DNA of 64,000 nt from Dehalococcoidia bacterium (GCA_965197415.1 OZ240207.1:2790491-2854490); one strand, 5' to 3'. Counted from the first letter of the stretch, positions 10,382 through 20,879 are shown. Notes: generated from the letters alone by a model not told the origin. Made by a program: numbers and translations.

Positions 10382-11968
10382 ATGAACACCACGGAGTTTC
10401 TGACTATCGCTAATGCAATTGTGCCAGATCGCACGGCTGTTGTGTTCGAGGAACACCGGTACACTTACGAAGACCTGCAAGAGCGGGTGTCCAGACTGGC
10501 CAATGCCCTGTCCGACTTGGGCGTGGGGCCCGGAGACCGTGTGGCGTCCATGCAGGTGAACACCAACCAGGTGATTGAAACCTATTTCGCCGCCGCCGCC
10601 TTGGACGCCATCTACGTGCCCTTCAACTTCAGGGCGAGGGCCGAGGAAATCGCCTACATGCTGAGCGACGCCGACCCTTCGGTGTTTCTCGTAGGGGGCC
10701 GGTACCTGAGCCTGGTCGACTCGATTAACCCTGGAATGCTGCCCTCCAACCTGATAGCTCTTGACGGTGAAGCTCCGGTCGGAGGAGACACTGAGGGCCA
10801 TTGGCTTTCATACGAGGGTCTGCTCGCTTCGGCGCCGCCAGACCAACTCCACTTTCCAGAAGCCGACGACGACGACACTACCATCCTGATGTTCACCGCC
10901 GGCACGACCGGCCACCCTAAAGCGGTGATGCTGACCCAGCAAAGCTTCACCTCGTACCTGCTGACCAACGTCACTCCACCGGACCCCGATGAAGAAGAGG
11001 AGAAGAACCTCCTCACGGTGCCCCTGTATCACATCGCGGGCATTCAGGGGATGATGGCCGCCGTCTACGGAGGCAGGTCTCTGGTGGTGATGCGCCAGTT
11101 CGAACCCGTCGAGTGGTTGGAACTGGTCCAACAGGAGCGGGCTAACAGAGCGATGCTGGTCCCGACGATGATTAAGCGGCTCATGGACCACCCTGAGTTC
11201 TCCAACTACGACCTGTCCAGCCTCGAAGTCATTACCTACGGCGCGGCCCCCATGCCCCTGGAGGTAATCAGTCGCGCAATCGAGGAATTCCCAGGAGCAC
11301 GGTTCATCAACGCTTTCGGCCAGACGGAGACGGCGTCCACGATCACCATGCTTCCGCCTGACGACCATGTGCTGGAGGGAACTCCCGAGGAAGTCGAGAA
11401 GAAGCTGAAGCGGCTCACCTCCATCGGAAAGCCCCTCGACGACGTGGAGGTGCGGATAGTCAACGAGGATGGGGAGGAGATTGAAACTGGCGAAATCGGC
11501 GAGATAGTCGCCGCAGGGTCACGGATGATGAAGGGATACTGGAACCAGGAAGACGCCACCCAGAACGCAATCCGAGGCGGATGGGTCTACACAGGCGATC
11601 TGGGATACCAGGACGACGACGGCTATATCTTCCTGTCCGGTAGGGCAAGGGACTTCATCAAACGGGGCGGCGAGATGGTGTCCCCCGAAGAAGTGGAAAG
11701 CGTCCTGCGTTCTCACTCTGCCGTGGACGACGCGGCTATAATCGGCGTGCCCGACGTGGAATGGGGCGAACGAGTCCGAGCCGTCATCGTACTCAAGGAG
11801 GAGCGGACAGCGTCGCCGGAAGAGCTGATTGAGCATTGCCACGAACACCTGTCCAGCTTCAAGCGCCCGGAGGACGTGGTGTTCGTCGACGAGCTGCCCC
11901 GCAACCCCTTGGGCAAGGTGCTGAAACGGGTGCTCCGCGAGGAATTTGCACAGCCCATAGAGGACTGA
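10382..11968 (+). CDS. Long-chain fatty acid--CoA ligase (ANL superfamily)
   Basis: FTAGTTGHPKAV, FGQTE, YTGDLG, ELPRNPLGKVLK. Confidence 0.93.
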   Translation: MNTTEFLTIANAIVPDRTAVVFEEHRYTYEDLQERVSRLANALSDLGVGPGDRVASMQVNTNQVIETYFAAAALDAIYVPFNFRARAEEIAYMLSDADPSVFLVGGRYLSLVDSINPGMLPSNLIALDGEAPVGGDTEGHWLSYEGLLASAPPDQLHFPEADDDDTTILMFTAGTTGHPKAVMLTQQSFTSYLLTNVTPPDPDEEEEKNLLTVPLYHIAGIQGMMAAVYGGRSLVVMRQFEPVEWLELVQQERANRAMLVPTMIKRLMDHPEFSNYDLSSLEVITYGAAPMPLEVISRAIEEFPGARFINAFGQTETASTITMLPPDDHVLEGTPEEVEKKLKRLTSIGKPLDDVEVRIVNEDGEEIETGEIGEIVAAGSRMMKGYWNQEDATQNAIRGGWVYTGDLGYQDDDGYIFLSGRARDFIKRGGEMVSPEEVESVLRSHSAVDDAAIIGVPDVEWGERVRAVIVLKEERTASPEELIEHCHEHLSSFKRPEDVVFVDELPRNPLGKVLKRVLREEFAQPIED

Positions 11969-11983
11969 CGGTATAGGGGCGCC

Positions 11984-12346
11984 CTACCCCGGCGTTTCCA
12001 GGACTTCCAGCCTGACTCCGTCAGGGCCCTCGAAGAAGCACACGTTGCGCCCGCTTCCCACCTGGAACTGGGCGAGTATCTTGGCCCCTGACCCTTCCAA
12101 CTGGGCCACCGTGCCGGGCAGGTCATTGGTGTCTATCGCTACGTGCTCCAGCCCGTAGAACTGCTCGATCGGTTGGCCCTCCACCAACGTCGTCACATTC
12201 ATGGGGATGCCATGCAGGTCCAGCTTGTAGCCTATGTCTCCGATTTCCTGCACAACCGTTGCTCCCAGGTTGTTCACGTACCAGTCGGCTGTGGCTTTGG
12301 GGTCCGCAGTCTTGAAGTGCAGGTGGTTTAGCCTGAAATCTGCCAT
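11984..12346 (-). CDS. VOC/glyoxalase family protein
   Basis: LNHLHF, GLEHVAI, FFEGPDGVRLEVLE metal-binding pattern; GAGGAGG RBS before ATG 12346. Confidence 0.88.
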   Translation of the reverse strand: MADFRLNHLHFKTADPKATADWYVNNLGATVVQEIGDIGYKLDLHGIPMNVTTLVEGQPIEQFYGLEHVAIDTNDLPGTVAQLEGSGAKILAQFQVGSGRNVCFFEGPDGVRLEVLETPG

Positions 12347-12417
12347 GAGAGTTCCTCCTCGTTTCGACGATTGCTTTTTGGGCGTCTGCTTATGTCGCCC
12401 GTTCACCCAGGCTGGCG

Positions 12418-12963
12418 CTAACTGAGGTCTGCCCCGTTCAGCTTGGTCGTGTCTTGAAAGACCACCGGAGCCGTCAAGGCGGCCCGCATGTAGCACCCCG
12501 CCCTGGCGTTGCGCAAGACTGCAGCGACCTTGTCTGGGTCTTCGTCGGACTCAACCTCAAAGTGGGTCTCCACCCTTGGAACACGCGCTTGGACAGATCC
12601 CTCCAACACCGATCCGCTGAGTTCCAGGTGAAGGGAAACATGGGCTTTGACCTTGTGGATGGCGACCTTCATTTGATGGGAGTACCTCCCAATCTGGGTC
12701 ATCTCTCAAAAGAGGATGGCCGCCGCTAGGTAGGCCATGGGCGGCGGAGCTGAGTTGTCTCCTCCTATTGTCTCCGGCTCGTCGCAAAATATCGAAAAGT
12801 CCTTGCCCGCGATGCTGAAGTCGGCCCGTTTGAGCATTGTTCCCAGGGTTTCAGCGTCACATTCGAGGACTGTGCTGCGATAGCTCCTCTCCCGAGTCGG
12901 ACCCTGGGACAAACGTCCGCCGTCTTGGGCTTGATCGCTATTGGAAGAAAGATGTTCGGACAT
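12418..12963 (-). CDS. OsmC-like selenoprotein (in-frame TGA at 12706-12708 read as Sec)
   Basis: ORFs 12706..12963 and 12418..12702 are in the same frame; DEP..GG..SAPPPMAYLAAAILF-U-EMTQ puts TGA at the first OsmC Cys; second Cys in AGCYM; hairpin tgggag-gta-ctccca downstream. Confidence 0.82.
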
Positions 12964-12993
12964 AACTCCCCTCTCGAAACGCCTAGTGTGTGT

Positions 12994-15570
12994 TCACGAC
13001 AAATCAGGGTCTCCGCGGAAACGCTCGGGAACCAATCTCAGGGCGATGCATTTAATGAGCCCGTTGCGCACAGACTTCCACGATTGTTTCACCGGGTGCA
13101 TGTCCTGGCCCGTGAGGCGATCGACGCCGTCGGGGTCGCCGTAAACGTCCTTGACGTACCTGGCGGTGATGTACGACAGGTCGGCTGTATGCTCAGGAAT
13201 GGCCTGGGCCAGTCGTCTGTTGTACTCCCAAGGGGTCTCCTGGGGTTTCGGTCCGAGCCCAGCCATGCTGGCCAGAATCCTCGTAGACGCATATACCGAC
13301 GTGACATAAGGCATTCGGGACAAGTTCCACCTAGCGTAGACCATTCCTCCGACTGGCAAGACCACCGCCAGCGCCACGACGGTCGCGATAAACGCTGTTA
13401 GCGCAGAAACCCCGCCTCCGGTTTGTCCCTGGCCGTCGGATGGGCGATCGTTGAGCGTCCCGAGGTCATCCAACTCCTCGAACAACTCGTCACCGGTACC
13501 CAGGCCGTCCTCTTCGCATATCCCAGGTATGAATTCCTCGCAGGCGTCGGCGGCGACGCCTCCAGTGGCCAGTCTTCCGGCGCCTGGTGTGAACCCCAAG
13601 CTGACCAGTGAGTCCTGAACGTCGGCGGGGGTTGGCTCGAACTCCACCCACCCGTACTCTGGGAAGTAGACTTCCGTCCAGGCGTGGTAGTGCCTGGCCC
13701 TGACCACCCAGCCTCCCCGGTCCTCGTCGTATTCGCCCGGACCGAACCCGACCACTAACCGCGCCGGTATGCCTAGGGAGCGGAGCATTGTCGCCATGGA
13801 CGAGGCGTAGTTCTGGCAGAATCCGCGGCCCAACTCGAACAGGAAGAAGTCCACAAAGTCCTGGCCTTCGGGTGGGAGGGCCACGTCCAGGGTGTATGGA
13901 ATTCTATGCAGATAGGACTGTATCGACTGGGCCTTGTCATAGGGATTGTCTGCGGACTCGGTCATAGTCTCCGCCAGCCGCTTCACCCGGTCCGGCAGGG
14001 TATCCGGCAGTTGAAGGTACCTGTCCGTTACCCATACAGGATAATCAGCGCCGGCGCCCCGCAGGGCGGTGGAAGAAGCGGTCGAGACCATTCCGCTGGT
14101 CGAGTACCGGACTGGCGGGTTCAGCACTCCTCTGCCGCTGAGGAGCGCCATGGGTTGATGAGGGTCCGGCTCTTGCCTCTGCACTCCTATGAAATCCCCC
14201 GATGGGAAGTCATCCTCAACCTCTGCATAGACGAGCCCCGGATTGGACAATGTTTCGTCTTCCGGCAGCGCTTGGGCGTCTGAAGCCCTCAACATCTGGG
14301 ACGTTCCGTCGATTCGAGAGTCGATCCAACTCACCAGTTCATTGCGATAGGCCGTCACGTCATCGGGCAAATAAGATGTCTGAGGGCTCGTTATGAAAAG
14401 CTTGAATGGGTCCTGTCCGGTCATCTCAACATCCGTGGGGATGTTGGACCCGATGGGCTCGCCCACGGTCACCAGCGTATTGCTCTTCGAGAAGATGCGT
14501 ACGGTGATGTCCACCTGCTTGGTGTCCAGCAGACCCTCAGTGTTATCCTCTAGCTGAATGTCGCTTTGCTGGACTGCCAGCAGATTGTCGGAGCTGGTCC
14601 AGCCTTCACTGGTGTATGTTTCGTACGTTCTCATGCGCCAGTGGTAGGCCTGCTGCGACTCTACCAGGAATATCTCCTGCTCACTTAGCTCCTTAGCCTC
14701 CTTGAAGGGCAAGTCGGTTCTAGGAGCGAAGGGCCCAATCTGGTCCAAGTCCAACGGTGGAGAGTAGAAAACGTAGTTCTTTCTATCAGGCACTCCGTAG
14801 AAGAGACTCGCCCAGCCTGATTGGAACTTGTACAGCGGCTCCTGGAACTGCTGGGTGGCGGGAATGACTATTCCCTCAGGCGCCGGCGCCTGCCACGCAG
14901 GAATCAATGCGACTCCCATGACGGCTGCTGAGACCACAACCACCCCGGCGGTCTGGAGGCCCGTCACCTCCTTCAGTGACCGCATGTGTTTTAGAGCTAT
15001 ACCGGGAGCGGAGACCAGTGCGTACAGGAAAAAGTACCAGTAGAAGCTCGACGGCAAAAATGTCAGGACCACCAGCAAAGCCGCCAACCCTGGGAGTATA
15101 TGAACCACTGGGGCTTTCGCCCTGTACGCCGCCCAAGTCGTCAAGTGTCCGCAGAAGAGGACAACTCCGATGAGGAACGTGCCTGTGGTGACTTCTCCCC
15201 TATCCCCGGCCGTGCTGCCTATTGCCCCAAACCATCCACCGATCTCCGAGAACAGGTCGGTCAGGCTGCCCGCCTCCGAGATAGTAAAGGCTCCTATTAT
15301 GATTGCTCCTAGGACCGAAATGAGGGCGCCCAGGGGATGGCCCCACGTCCAGGAAATCCTCGACCTGGCCATCAACGCCCAGAAAGGCAGAGGCGCTAGA
15401 GCCAGAGCAATGAGCGGTGGAAGCCCATCCACCCAGTTTGCGTCGCTGACGGCTGCGGCGGCGGCCGCCAGCGGCAGGCCCAAAATCAGAACAAAGAGGA
15501 TCTCATTCAACGACGGGACTCTGCCCTGCCCCGGCGCACTTTCGGACTTGCTTTGCATGGAAAAGGTCAT
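12994..15570 (-). CDS. Membrane-anchored transglutaminase-like domain protein (TgpA-like)
   Basis: N-terminal TM helices; GFCQNYAS, GIPARLVVGF, HAWTEVYFPEYGWVEFEPT triad. Confidence 0.92.
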   Translation of the reverse strand: MTFSMQSKSESAPGQGRVPSLNEILFVLILGLPLAAAAAAVSDANWVDGLPPLIALALAPLPFWALMARSRISWTWGHPLGALISVLGAIIIGAFTISEAGSLTDLFSEIGGWFGAIGSTAGDRGEVTTGTFLIGVVLFCGHLTTWAAYRAKAPVVHILPGLAALLVVLTFLPSSFYWYFFLYALVSAPGIALKHMRSLKEVTGLQTAGVVVVSAAVMGVALIPAWQAPAPEGIVIPATQQFQEPLYKFQSGWASLFYGVPDRKNYVFYSPPLDLDQIGPFAPRTDLPFKEAKELSEQEIFLVESQQAYHWRMRTYETYTSEGWTSSDNLLAVQQSDIQLEDNTEGLLDTKQVDITVRIFSKSNTLVTVGEPIGSNIPTDVEMTGQDPFKLFITSPQTSYLPDDVTAYRNELVSWIDSRIDGTSQMLRASDAQALPEDETLSNPGLVYAEVEDDFPSGDFIGVQRQEPDPHQPMALLSGRGVLNPPVRYSTSGMVSTASSTALRGAGADYPVWVTDRYLQLPDTLPDRVKRLAETMTESADNPYDKAQSIQSYLHRIPYTLDVALPPEGQDFVDFFLFELGRGFCQNYASSMATMLRSLGIPARLVVGFGPGEYDEDRGGWVVRARHYHAWTEVYFPEYGWVEFEPTPADVQDSLVSLGFTPGAGRLATGGVAADACEEFIPGICEEDGLGTGDELFEELDDLGTLNDRPSDGQGQTGGGVSALTAFIATVVALAVVLPVGGMVYARWNLSRMPYVTSVYASTRILASMAGLGPKPQETPWEYNRRLAQAIPEHTADLSYITARYVKDVYGDPDGVDRLTGQDMHPVKQSWKSVRNGLIKCIALRLVPERFRGDPDLS

Positions 15571-15576
15571 GACTGT

Positions 15577-16848
15577 CTAGTAAACGGAAATGCGGTTCAT
15601 CAAGTCGCCCAACGCGGATGCCATGTCGTCGCCTCGCCTTAGAATGAAAGCCCACTCGCTCCGTTCCCCCCACTGCCCAGAGCGACCAGCCGAGGGAGTG
15701 GAGATTGCTGGGTCGAAAGTGGCTTTGTCCAGAAAGATGGCTGCTGCAAGGATTCTTCTGCGTGTCAGGAACTGCATCAGATAGCCCAGGGGCTCCGTAG
15801 GCTCAGGCGTCACGGCAATCACCACAGAGCCGGGTTGGAGCTCCGCGCTAAGTGAGGAGACCACGTCGATGAAGGGGGTCCGTCCTCTGGCCTCGATGGT
15901 GGCCAAACTTCCCATCATCGTCCACAGGTGGTTCGCATCCTTAGCCGGGGAGAAGCGGCGCAGTTCGTCTCCCTGGGCGGCCAAACCCACGGCATGGCCT
16001 CGGTCCATCAACCCTTTTACCAGAGACGCCGACACCGTGACCATATACTCCTCGGTGCCGTCTGCGCCTTCTCCTGCCTGCACCTGCTGATCCATGTCCA
16101 GGAAAATCCATATCTCGTTGACACCTGCGCCGTCGAACTCTTTGGTCATCAACTGGTCCCTGCGGGCGGTCGACGGCCAGTGGATGTGAGTGAGGCTGTC
16201 GCCTGGCTCATATTCTCTCACCAGAGACGCCGCCGGACTGTGACCCAACCGTTGACCTGCCTCGCCGATCTCTCCCCCGCTGACCTGTCCTGGCACCAGG
16301 GCTTGGGTCAAGTCCATGGTGGCTGGGTACACCAATAAGCTCCGTGGCTCACCGATGCGGTTCTCCATGCTGAAAAGCCCGGTGGGGTCTTTGGTGCGCA
16401 TGGACAAGGCGCCGACGGAATTCAGTCCGCGCTTTCGGCAGAAACCGGACACCGTCCACCGTACGGACCCATGAGGGCTCAGGTTGAAATTTACCTCCTC
16501 CGCGTCCAGGGCTTCACCTGTTAGCCCGGAGCGGAGCGCGACTCTGGGAAACCCGAACTTTTCCTTCACCTCTACGGTGAGGACCATCCTGCCGCCCACC
16601 TGAGGATGCGCCGACACTTCTTCCACCGTCACATCCAGCCCGCGGCTTTGTAGCCATGTGAAGCCGTAGGCTATGACGGCGCCCCCAAGGACCAAATAGA
16701 CAATCCAGTAGAGAGGTTGAAACCCAGTCAGCATGGCCGCTAGAAGCACGGCTCCCAAGCCAATGCAAAGGCGTAGGAAGGGCTTTACATAAGGCCCCGA
16801 CGAATGGAGGCGGCCGGCGTTAGCTGGCGGTTCTGCGGAGTGGAGCAA
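15577..16848 (-). CDS. DUF58 domain (VWA-like) protein
   Basis: VREYEPGDSLTHIHWPSTAR..LMTKEF; position between MoxR ATPase and transglutaminase. Confidence 0.9.
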   Translation of the reverse strand: MLHSAEPPANAGRLHSSGPYVKPFLRLCIGLGAVLLAAMLTGFQPLYWIVYLVLGGAVIAYGFTWLQSRGLDVTVEEVSAHPQVGGRMVLTVEVKEKFGFPRVALRSGLTGEALDAEEVNFNLSPHGSVRWTVSGFCRKRGLNSVGALSMRTKDPTGLFSMENRIGEPRSLLVYPATMDLTQALVPGQVSGGEIGEAGQRLGHSPAASLVREYEPGDSLTHIHWPSTARRDQLMTKEFDGAGVNEIWIFLDMDQQVQAGEGADGTEEYMVTVSASLVKGLMDRGHAVGLAAQGDELRRFSPAKDANHLWTMMGSLATIEARGRTPFIDVVSSLSAELQPGSVVIAVTPEPTEPLGYLMQFLTRRRILAAAIFLDKATFDPAISTPSAGRSGQWGERSEWAFILRRGDDMASALGDLMNRISVY

Positions 16849-17875
16849 AGGGGAACCCCTGGACCGGAGCCGCTCCGGCCACTGGAACGGACTCCAAGAT
16901 ACTCCGGATGGCGTCGTCCTCCGTCAAGTCCGAGCGCCCGTCAGCCGACAGGACTATACGATGTCCCAGCACAGCGACGGCGACGGTTTTCACGTCGTCG
17001 GGCAGGACGTAGTCTCGCCCTTCCAGTAGGGCTAGAGACTGGGACAGGCTCAATATACCCAGAGAAGCCCTGGGAGACGCTCCCAGGTAAACGGACTGGT
17101 GAACCCTGGTCGAGTTTACGATGCTGACCACGTATTCTTTGATGGCCCTGTCGGCGAAGACGTGCCGGGAGGCCTCCTGTGCCAGGGCAATCTCGTCGGC
17201 GGTGGCCACGGGCTCGACGCTGTTGATGGGGTGGACGGGAATCTGGTTGTCCAGTATGGACACCTCTTCCTCCGGGGTGGGGTAGTCAAGTCTCAGACGT
17301 ATCAGAAACCTGTCCAACTCCGTCTCCGGCAGGGGGAAGGTGCCCCCGTGTTCGGTGGGATTGCGGGTGGCCAGTATCAGAAAAGGCGCGGGCATGGGGT
17401 GGGTGACGCCGTCGATGGTGAGTTGCCGCTCCTCCATGCACTCCAGCAGCGCCGACTGGGTCTTGGGGGAGGCCCTGTTGATTTCGTCGACCAGGACGAT
17501 GTTGGACAACACCGGCCCAGGACGAAAAGTGAACTCCCGTTCCCGCTGGTCGAAGATGTACACTCCGGTAACGTCGCTGGGCAGGAGGTCCGCAGTGCAT
17601 TGGATGCGGCGGAAGGTGACGCCCATGGACTTGGCCAGGGCTCTGGCCAGCATGGTCTTGCCAACTCCGGGGACGCCCTCGATCAGCACGTGCCCCTGGG
17701 AAAAGAGAGCCGCCACCCCGAGCTTCACCACATCTGTCTTGCCAACGATGACTTTCTCCACGTTGGCCACGATGGATGCCCCCAAGTCGGAGGCCGTTTG
17801 CAGGTTGGTTTGTGTCACGCCGCCCCCGGTCTCAGACTGGTTCCCATGACGCCTATCTATCGACTGTAAGGTCAA
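16820..17875 (-). CDS. MoxR family AAA+ ATPase
   Basis: GVPGVGKT, RIQCTADLLPSD, VDEINRASPKTQSALLE. Confidence 0.95.
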   Translation of the reverse strand: MTLQSIDRRHGNQSETGGGVTQTNLQTASDLGASIVANVEKVIVGKTDVVKLGVAALFSQGHVLIEGVPGVGKTMLARALAKSMGVTFRRIQCTADLLPSDVTGVYIFDQREREFTFRPGPVLSNIVLVDEINRASPKTQSALLECMEERQLTIDGVTHPMPAPFLILATRNPTEHGGTFPLPETELDRFLIRLRLDYPTPEEEVSILDNQIPVHPINSVEPVATADEIALAQEASRHVFADRAIKEYVVSIVNSTRVHQSVYLGASPRASLGILSLSQSLALLEGRDYVLPDDVKTVAVAVLGHRIVLSADGRSDLTEDDAIRSILESVPVAGAAPVQGFPFAPLRRTAS

Positions 17876-18156
17876 GCCGCTATGCGCCCAAGGGCGGCTC
17901 GTTTTTGGAAAGGCTCACGGGGGACTATCGCTAACGAACGGTCATTCTGGACCGTCCGAACAGGCGTGGGAATAGGCGGATATTACATTCCGCCTCTTAA
18001 GGTTGTCAATAGCGTGAATTGACTCACAATAACTGTTACAAAAGATGGTACCGTTGCCTCGCACGGATTGTTTCCGAAAGATGCAGTGATTGGAGTGGTG
18101 CGATAGGGTGTTTGGAGGCAACGAGCGATAAAGCGACACTGCCGTAGCTGATAGTC

Positions 18157-19746
18157 TCACCAGCCCACGGCAATCCCGTCCTTCCGCGGCTCTGATCCTC
18201 CACTGAGGACGGAGGTTGCCGGATTGCGCCGGATAATCTGGCCCCCACCCATTGCTATCCGGTCTAGACCTTCTAGGACGAAAGCCTGATGCCCTCGACG
18301 CATTAGCTCGGAAACCACCGCCGGGTCCAGCCCCTCCTCCAAGGCCACTCCGGCGCCGGGCTGGACGCTGAACCGGAGGGCGTCCAAGGCCTCCTGCGGT
18401 TCCAACCCGAAGTCCACCATGTTGACCATGACTTGCAGGTGCCCCTGGGGCTGTTGGAATCCCCCCATAACGCCAAAACACAGGTCCAGCTCTCCTCCCT
18501 GTGTGGTCAGACCCGGCATTATGGTGTGGTAGGGCCTCTTCCCTGGTTCCAGGCTGTTGGGGTGGCCTGGCTGCAATGAGAAAAGGGACCCTCTGTTGTG
18601 GAGCGCCACTCCTGTGCCGGGGACGACGAGTCCCGTCCCAAAACCGTGAAACAGGCTGTTTATCAGGGAACAGGCGTTGCCTTGTCCGTCGACACAGGCG
18701 ACGTAGACCGTATCGCCCGACGGATGACCCGGAAGCGCCTCCGACATCGCCCGGTCCGGCTTGATGAGCCCGCGCCGTTGGGCGGCGTAGTCTTTAGACA
18801 ACATCCCGTCCATGGGAACATGGACCTTGGCTGGATCGGCTATGTACCTGAATGCGTCGGCATAGGAGAGGCGCATGGCCTCAATGAGGTGGTGGTAGGC
18901 GTCCGCCGACTGGAATCCCATATCCGCCAGGTCGTACCCTTCAGCTATGTTGAGGGCCATCTGGGCTGCGATTCCGTGGGTGTTGGGGCGGCATTCCCAC
19001 AGGGTGACGCCGCGGTAGTCGACGGAAAGAGGTTCCTCCCACGTGGAGTAGTGGGCCACCATGTCCTCGGCGGTCAGCCACCCTCCCTTCTCCTGGACGT
19101 AGGCCGCCGCTTTTTCCGCCAAAGCTCCCTTGTAGAATGCGTCACGCCCTCCCTCAGCTATGGCCCTCAAGGTCCCTGCCAGTTCAGGCAGACGCACTGT
19201 CTCCCCAGGCCCCGGTGCATGGCCGTTGACAGTCAACTCGTAGCCGGAGGGATATTGTTGGAGCTTGGACATGTTCCCTGCCCAAAGACTGGAAATGGTC
19301 TCAGCAGCGGGATAACCTTCTTCCGCGTAGCGGATGGCGGGTCGGAGGACTTCCGTCAGGCCCATATTTCCGTAGCCGGATAGGAGCGCGTGCCAGCCGT
19401 CCACCGTGCCCGGCACGGTGATGGAATAGGGGCTTTCTGAGCCGATGGAACCAATCCCCTGCTGACTTAACTGATCAAGGGAAGCGGCGGCAGGCGCTCT
19501 TCCACTGGCGTTCAGGGCCCGCACTTGCTTTTCCCTGTCCATCCAGACCAGGGCGAAAAGGTCGCCTCCCACGCCTGTGGAAAAGGGTTCGACCACTGCC
19601 AGAGTCGCCGCAGCAGCGACGGCGCCGTCAACGGCGTTTCCGCCGTCCATGAGAATGCGGAGGCCAGCCATGGCGGCCAGGGGCTCGCTTGTGGCCACCA
19701 TGCCGTGAAGGGCGTGGGCTGTTGTGCGGCGTGACGAGAAATACAT
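18157..19746 (-). CDS. ggt: Gamma-glutamyltransferase
   Basis: GGNAVDGAVA, GVGGDLF, DTVY..D..GN..S, PGKRPYHT, GVMGG..QPQGH, EPRKDG. Confidence 0.95.
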   Translation of the reverse strand: MYFSSRRTTAHALHGMVATSEPLAAMAGLRILMDGGNAVDGAVAAAATLAVVEPFSTGVGGDLFALVWMDREKQVRALNASGRAPAAASLDQLSQQGIGSIGSESPYSITVPGTVDGWHALLSGYGNMGLTEVLRPAIRYAEEGYPAAETISSLWAGNMSKLQQYPSGYELTVNGHAPGPGETVRLPELAGTLRAIAEGGRDAFYKGALAEKAAAYVQEKGGWLTAEDMVAHYSTWEEPLSVDYRGVTLWECRPNTHGIAAQMALNIAEGYDLADMGFQSADAYHHLIEAMRLSYADAFRYIADPAKVHVPMDGMLSKDYAAQRRGLIKPDRAMSEALPGHPSGDTVYVACVDGQGNACSLINSLFHGFGTGLVVPGTGVALHNRGSLFSLQPGHPNSLEPGKRPYHTIMPGLTTQGGELDLCFGVMGGFQQPQGHLQVMVNMVDFGLEPQEALDALRFSVQPGAGVALEEGLDPAVVSELMRRGHQAFVLEGLDRIAMGGGQIIRRNPATSVLSGGSEPRKDGIAVGW

Positions 19747-19771
19747 CGAGCGTCCCCCTTGCCTGGGAAGT

Positions 19772-20482
19772 TCAGTCTGTCAAAGTCCTCAGGATAGGTA
19801 TCTCATCCCGTTTATCCCCCAGCTCTTCGGGATAAATCCCCAAGGGACGGGGATGGGATAGTGTGCACCGAATCGATTCCTCTGGAGTCACCACGTAGTC
19901 CAACGACAAGTCGTGGCGAGTCATGGGGATCGGCGCGTCCACCACCTGGATGGGATGAACGGTGGTCGCCACCGGAGTCTCGTGCGAAATCAGCCCCAGA
20001 GAAAGGGCCAGGGCGTATTCCAGGTCCGAGTAGCCGCCTCCCTTCCCCAAACGAGACCCGTCGGGCCGAGCGGCGACAGCCCCACATACTATGAGGTCTA
20101 TCCTGGCCATGTCCCTTGGATGCACTGGACGCCCCAGCTTGAACGCTCCTTTGATGGAGCTTGCGAAGGAGATGTCCTCTATCCGGGCGGGGTCCAACTC
20201 CAGGAAACACTCTTCGCTGGTCAGGCGCGGGACGGGCATGTAGAGCACCTTGCCCTCTTCCAGGGCTCGCTTGCGGACGGGTCTCTGGGGCATGTCGGGG
20301 TTGCACTTGAGCGTCCGGGCTTTCTGCCATACGTCCAGCCCGGCCAGCGTCTCGGCAGCCGCGGCGGCACCTACGAAGTTGGGAATGCGGCCCCGGGCCC
20401 CGGGAAACGCCGATGCGCCCTCCGCTTTGAGCCGGTCCCACACGCGGATTCTTATTTCCTGCTTGGCGTCCACGGGCCGCAT
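19772..20482 (-). CDS. 5-formyltetrahydrofolate cyclo-ligase family protein
   Basis: GRIPNFVGA, KCNPD, GSRLGKGGGYSDLE. Confidence 0.88.
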   Translation of the reverse strand: MRPVDAKQEIRIRVWDRLKAEGASAFPGARGRIPNFVGAAAAAETLAGLDVWQKARTLKCNPDMPQRPVRKRALEEGKVLYMPVPRLTSEECFLELDPARIEDISFASSIKGAFKLGRPVHPRDMARIDLIVCGAVAARPDGSRLGKGGGYSDLEYALALSLGLISHETPVATTVHPIQVVDAPIPMTRHDLSLDYVVTPEESIRCTLSHPRPLGIYPEELGDKRDEIPILRTLTD

Positions 20483-20591
20483 TCTACTTCACCCAAGGCC
20501 CGCCAGCCACCCATACGACGTAATACGCCGTTTAACATAACGAGCGCCCGGTTGAACACGGGCGCCCAAATGAACGTAGAATTAAGGAAAG

Positions 20592-20879
20592 TCAGGCTCT
20601 CTGCTTATACCAGAGGCCGTCCACCTTGTCCCGGAAGAGAGTCACTTGAGGGCCTTCTTCCAGGAGCGCCTGGAAGTACCTGCGGGATATGGGCCTGGGC
20701 CGCCACCACTCGTCCTCCACCTCCCACACGTCCTCGATGGAGGCCACTTTACGCCTCCTGGGACCCAGGCCCACCGCTATAGGAACGCCCTCATCATCCT
20801 CTTCCACCTCCACCCTGTCCGGCAGATTCAGGGCTCGAATCTGACCAGGGCGCTTCTTCGTTCTGGAATTCTTGACCAC
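20592..20879 (-). CDS. Small hypothetical protein (DUF6504-like), partner of Y-family polymerase-like gene
   Basis: DVWEVEDEWWR...RRYF...LFRD...W pattern; overlaps the upstream gene. Confidence 0.7.
   Translation of the reverse strand: MVKNSRTKKRPGQIRALNLPDRVEVEEDDEGVPIAVGLGPRRRKVASIEDVWEVEDEWWRPRPISRRYFQALLEEGPQVTLFRDKVDGLWYKQRA

Noticed and set aside
12703-12708. Pseudogene interpretation of the in-frame TGA codons (also 25907 and 61622)
   Set aside because: Each TGA falls at the catalytic Cys column with a downstream hairpin and intact flanking frames, so selenocysteine is more parsimonious.
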